A program made the translations under genes and the position numbers. 64,000 bases of DNA from Camelus dromedarius (Eukaryota). Shown piece by piece: positions 61,320 to 64,000 of this stretch; within the stretch, counting starts at the first letter, position 1; every line of letters starts with the position of its first letter. Below the pieces are notes generated by a model. It saw only the letters and a list, made by a program, of their open reading frames with translations. It ran no database searches and was not told the DNA's origin. Location of the stretch: positions 94,676,001-94,740,000 of the forward strand of contig NC_087472.1 of the NCBI RefSeq assembly GCF_036321535.1, given 5' to 3'.

Positions 61320-64000
61320 TTTCTGCATCCAGGCATGGTGGAATAATTGGTACTGGAATAGCCCTTCTAACATAACATATGGACAAAGCATATGGAACAA
61401 CTATTTACAGACCTTGGATAACAAGCAGGGCAGGACTGATAAACCTCAAAGAAGGCAAACTAAGTGACTCAGTTTATGTCTGGAAACACTTTCCAGATAA
61501 TTGGCACAGGGCTGGATCCCAAAAGGAGCATAAAGATCTCTTGCTGAGTTGGGGAGACCAAGATGGTTCAGAGCTACTAAAGTAGCTGAAATTTGTGGGG
61601 CAGGATATCAAAAAAAGAAGACTTTACAAAGAGAATGAACTCCAAAAATCTGCATTAGGGATTGGCTTGAATCTTTGGCTGAATACTAAGCTGCACATGT
61701 ATAGCTTAGAATATTCTAGATTAGGAAAAGAAAAAGAAATTTGTGGCCTATGACCAGGCAAAAATTATTCAACAGAAACATGCAGAATGGAATTCGCAGT
61801 AAATGACATTTAAAAAGCTATTATAAATACCTTTAATAATTTAAAGAAAAAAATACAAACATAATGAGAATCTTATAGAAAATGGAAGTTATGAAAAAGA
61901 ACAATTTAGGAATTCAATAACTGAAAGATATAATATCTGAAATGAGTAGTTAATGGTACAGACTCAACAGCAGATTAGAAAAATCAACATAGAAGAAAAC
62001 ATTTGTGAACTGAAGACAGGGCAATAAAACGATCCGAATTGGAGCACAGAGAGAAAAAAGATGAGATAGATGAGAGATAGATAGATGATATTAAAGAGCT
62101 AGATATCATGTATATATGTTTGATACATGTATAAAACGTTTATCAACAATATCATAAAGGGTCAAAAAGAGATAAGTAGAAGTATACTTGTGTCATGTTC
62201 TTATACACAAAGTAATATAACATTAATATAGTGCATGTTAGGACATTTCAATTTAAGGATGCACATTATAAACTATAGAGGAATAATTTTAAACAGAAAA
62301 AAATTAAAGAATAAGTGATATGAGAAATAAAATGGAATGTAAGAAAACATGCAATACAAAAATAGTAAAGGAACAAAAGTAACAGATAACATACTGGGCA
62401 AACAGAAAATAAATAGCAAGATAAAAGACTGCAACCTAAGCTTATCAAGTATGAAACTGAATGTACATGGGCTAGAAACTCCCATTAAAAGGCAGCAATT
62501 CTAAAGTCATACAAATATAAACAAGATTCAACTGTATGCTGTTTACAAAAAATGAACACAAACCTTTAATATAAAGATATGGATAGGATAAAAATAAAAT
62601 GACGACAAAGATAAAACCTGCAAATTATAATAATAAGGATGCTGGAAAATCTATATTAATATGAGACAAAGTAAGCTTCAGGATAAGGAATATTACTAGA
62701 ATTAAAGAGAGTTATAAAATGGTGAATTCATTTAAAATACATAGGAATCCTAAATGTGTATGGCCTTTTAATAAATCTAGGCACACATGACATAAACACT
62801 AACAGAACAAAATGGGTAAATAGACAAATCAGCAATTACAGTTGTAGTTTTAAACATTTTCTCTCAGTAATTTATAGAAGAAGACAGAAAAGCAGTAAAG
62901 TATAAAATATTTAAATTATACCAACATTCAACTACCAAATTAACGTTTTTTAAGAACAATAATACAAAACATCCACAGAATACAAATTCTTTTCAAGTGC
63001 ACATGGCATGTTGACCAACAGAGACTATATTCTGGCTCATAAAAAGCCTCAATACTTTTGTAAAGGATTGAAAGAGTTCAGGGTGTGTTCTCTGACTAAA
63101 CAAATTAAACTGGAAATCAATAGCAAAAGATATCAGGAAAATTAGCAGATACTTAGAAATATTTAGGAAGTATACACCTCTGTATAAGACGGGTAAAGAG
63201 GAAGTCACAAGTGAAATTCAAAAATATTTTGAACTAAACAAAAACAAACTGAACATACTAAAACTTGAAGAATGCAATAAAGCAATGTTCAAAATGTAAA
63301 GCTATAAATACCTACATTAGAAATAATTTGCAAAATATCTACCAAATATTTAAGGAAGAAATAATACCAATTCTAAACTATTCCAGAAAATAGAGTGAAC
63401 ACTCCCTAAGTCATTTTTTGAAGCCACCATAACCCTGATACCAAAACCAGACAAGAAAATTATGAGCAAAGAAAACTATAGATAAGTATACCTCATGAAC
63501 CTCCACAAATATCTATAAATATTAGCAGAAATCATTCTGAATTATATAGGTTAATACGACGTGAAAAAGTAAGCTTTATCTCATGAAGCAAGGTTTACTT
63601 ATTTGAAAATCAAGCAATGTAATTTACCATATTAATGCTGAAAAGATAACCAAAATATATAATTATCTCAATAGTTTCAGTAAGGCATTTGACAAAATGT
63701 AAAAATAATTTATTATAAAAATTCTCGGCAATCTAAGAACAAAACTGAGCCTCCTCCACCTGATAAAGGGCGTCTATGAATAGCTGACAGCTCACACCCC
63801 AATGCTGAAAGAGGGAAAGCTCTAGCCCTAAGACTGGGAGTGAAGCACGGACGCTCGCACTTGCACTCACCTGTACACTGGAAGCCTTCGTTCAACAAAT
63901 CAAGGTAAAGAAATAAAAATGCAAGAAGTTTGGAGAAGTAGAAGTGTCTTCACAGACAATATGATTGCAGATGTACAAAATCCCAATGAACCTAAATCTA
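61320..64000 (+). mobile_element. Ancient L1M with degenerate 5' UTR, ORF1 and ORF2 relics and internal deletions; runs off the right edge
   Basis: TTTTCAAGTGCACATGG, CCACCATAACCCTGATACCAAAACCAGACAAG and GCATTTGACAAAAT ORF2 motifs. Confidence 0.8.

Overview
Mammalian genomic DNA, not prokaryotic. A tRNA-Ala-derived SINE resembling camelid Vic-1, together with cetartiodactyl-type L1s, suggests a camelid (inference). I could not identify any host protein-coding gene, RNA gene or CRISPR array. The window opens in a ~3.65-kb purine-rich satellite built from a conserved ~15-nt core (AGATACAAGCATTCA) separated by variable (GA)n spacers, with ordered core variants and higher-order repeats. The rest is AT-rich and transposon-dense: several L1s, including a 7.4-kb full-length minus-strand L1 with intact ORF1, broken ORF2 and a TSD; a 5'-truncated ERV1 (MER34-like) provirus with an integrase relic; solo LTRs; and MER5/MER58, MIR and L2 relics. 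The best leads are: the satellite's architecture; two L1 copies sharing the same frameshifts; a possible ~5.4-kb inversion splitting an L1; a CpG-retaining solo LTR with strong splice donors; and a frame-consistent three-exon candidate near 27 kb. Repeat family names come from my recall of consensus sequences, not from a database search, and repeat boundaries are approximate unless a TSD is given.
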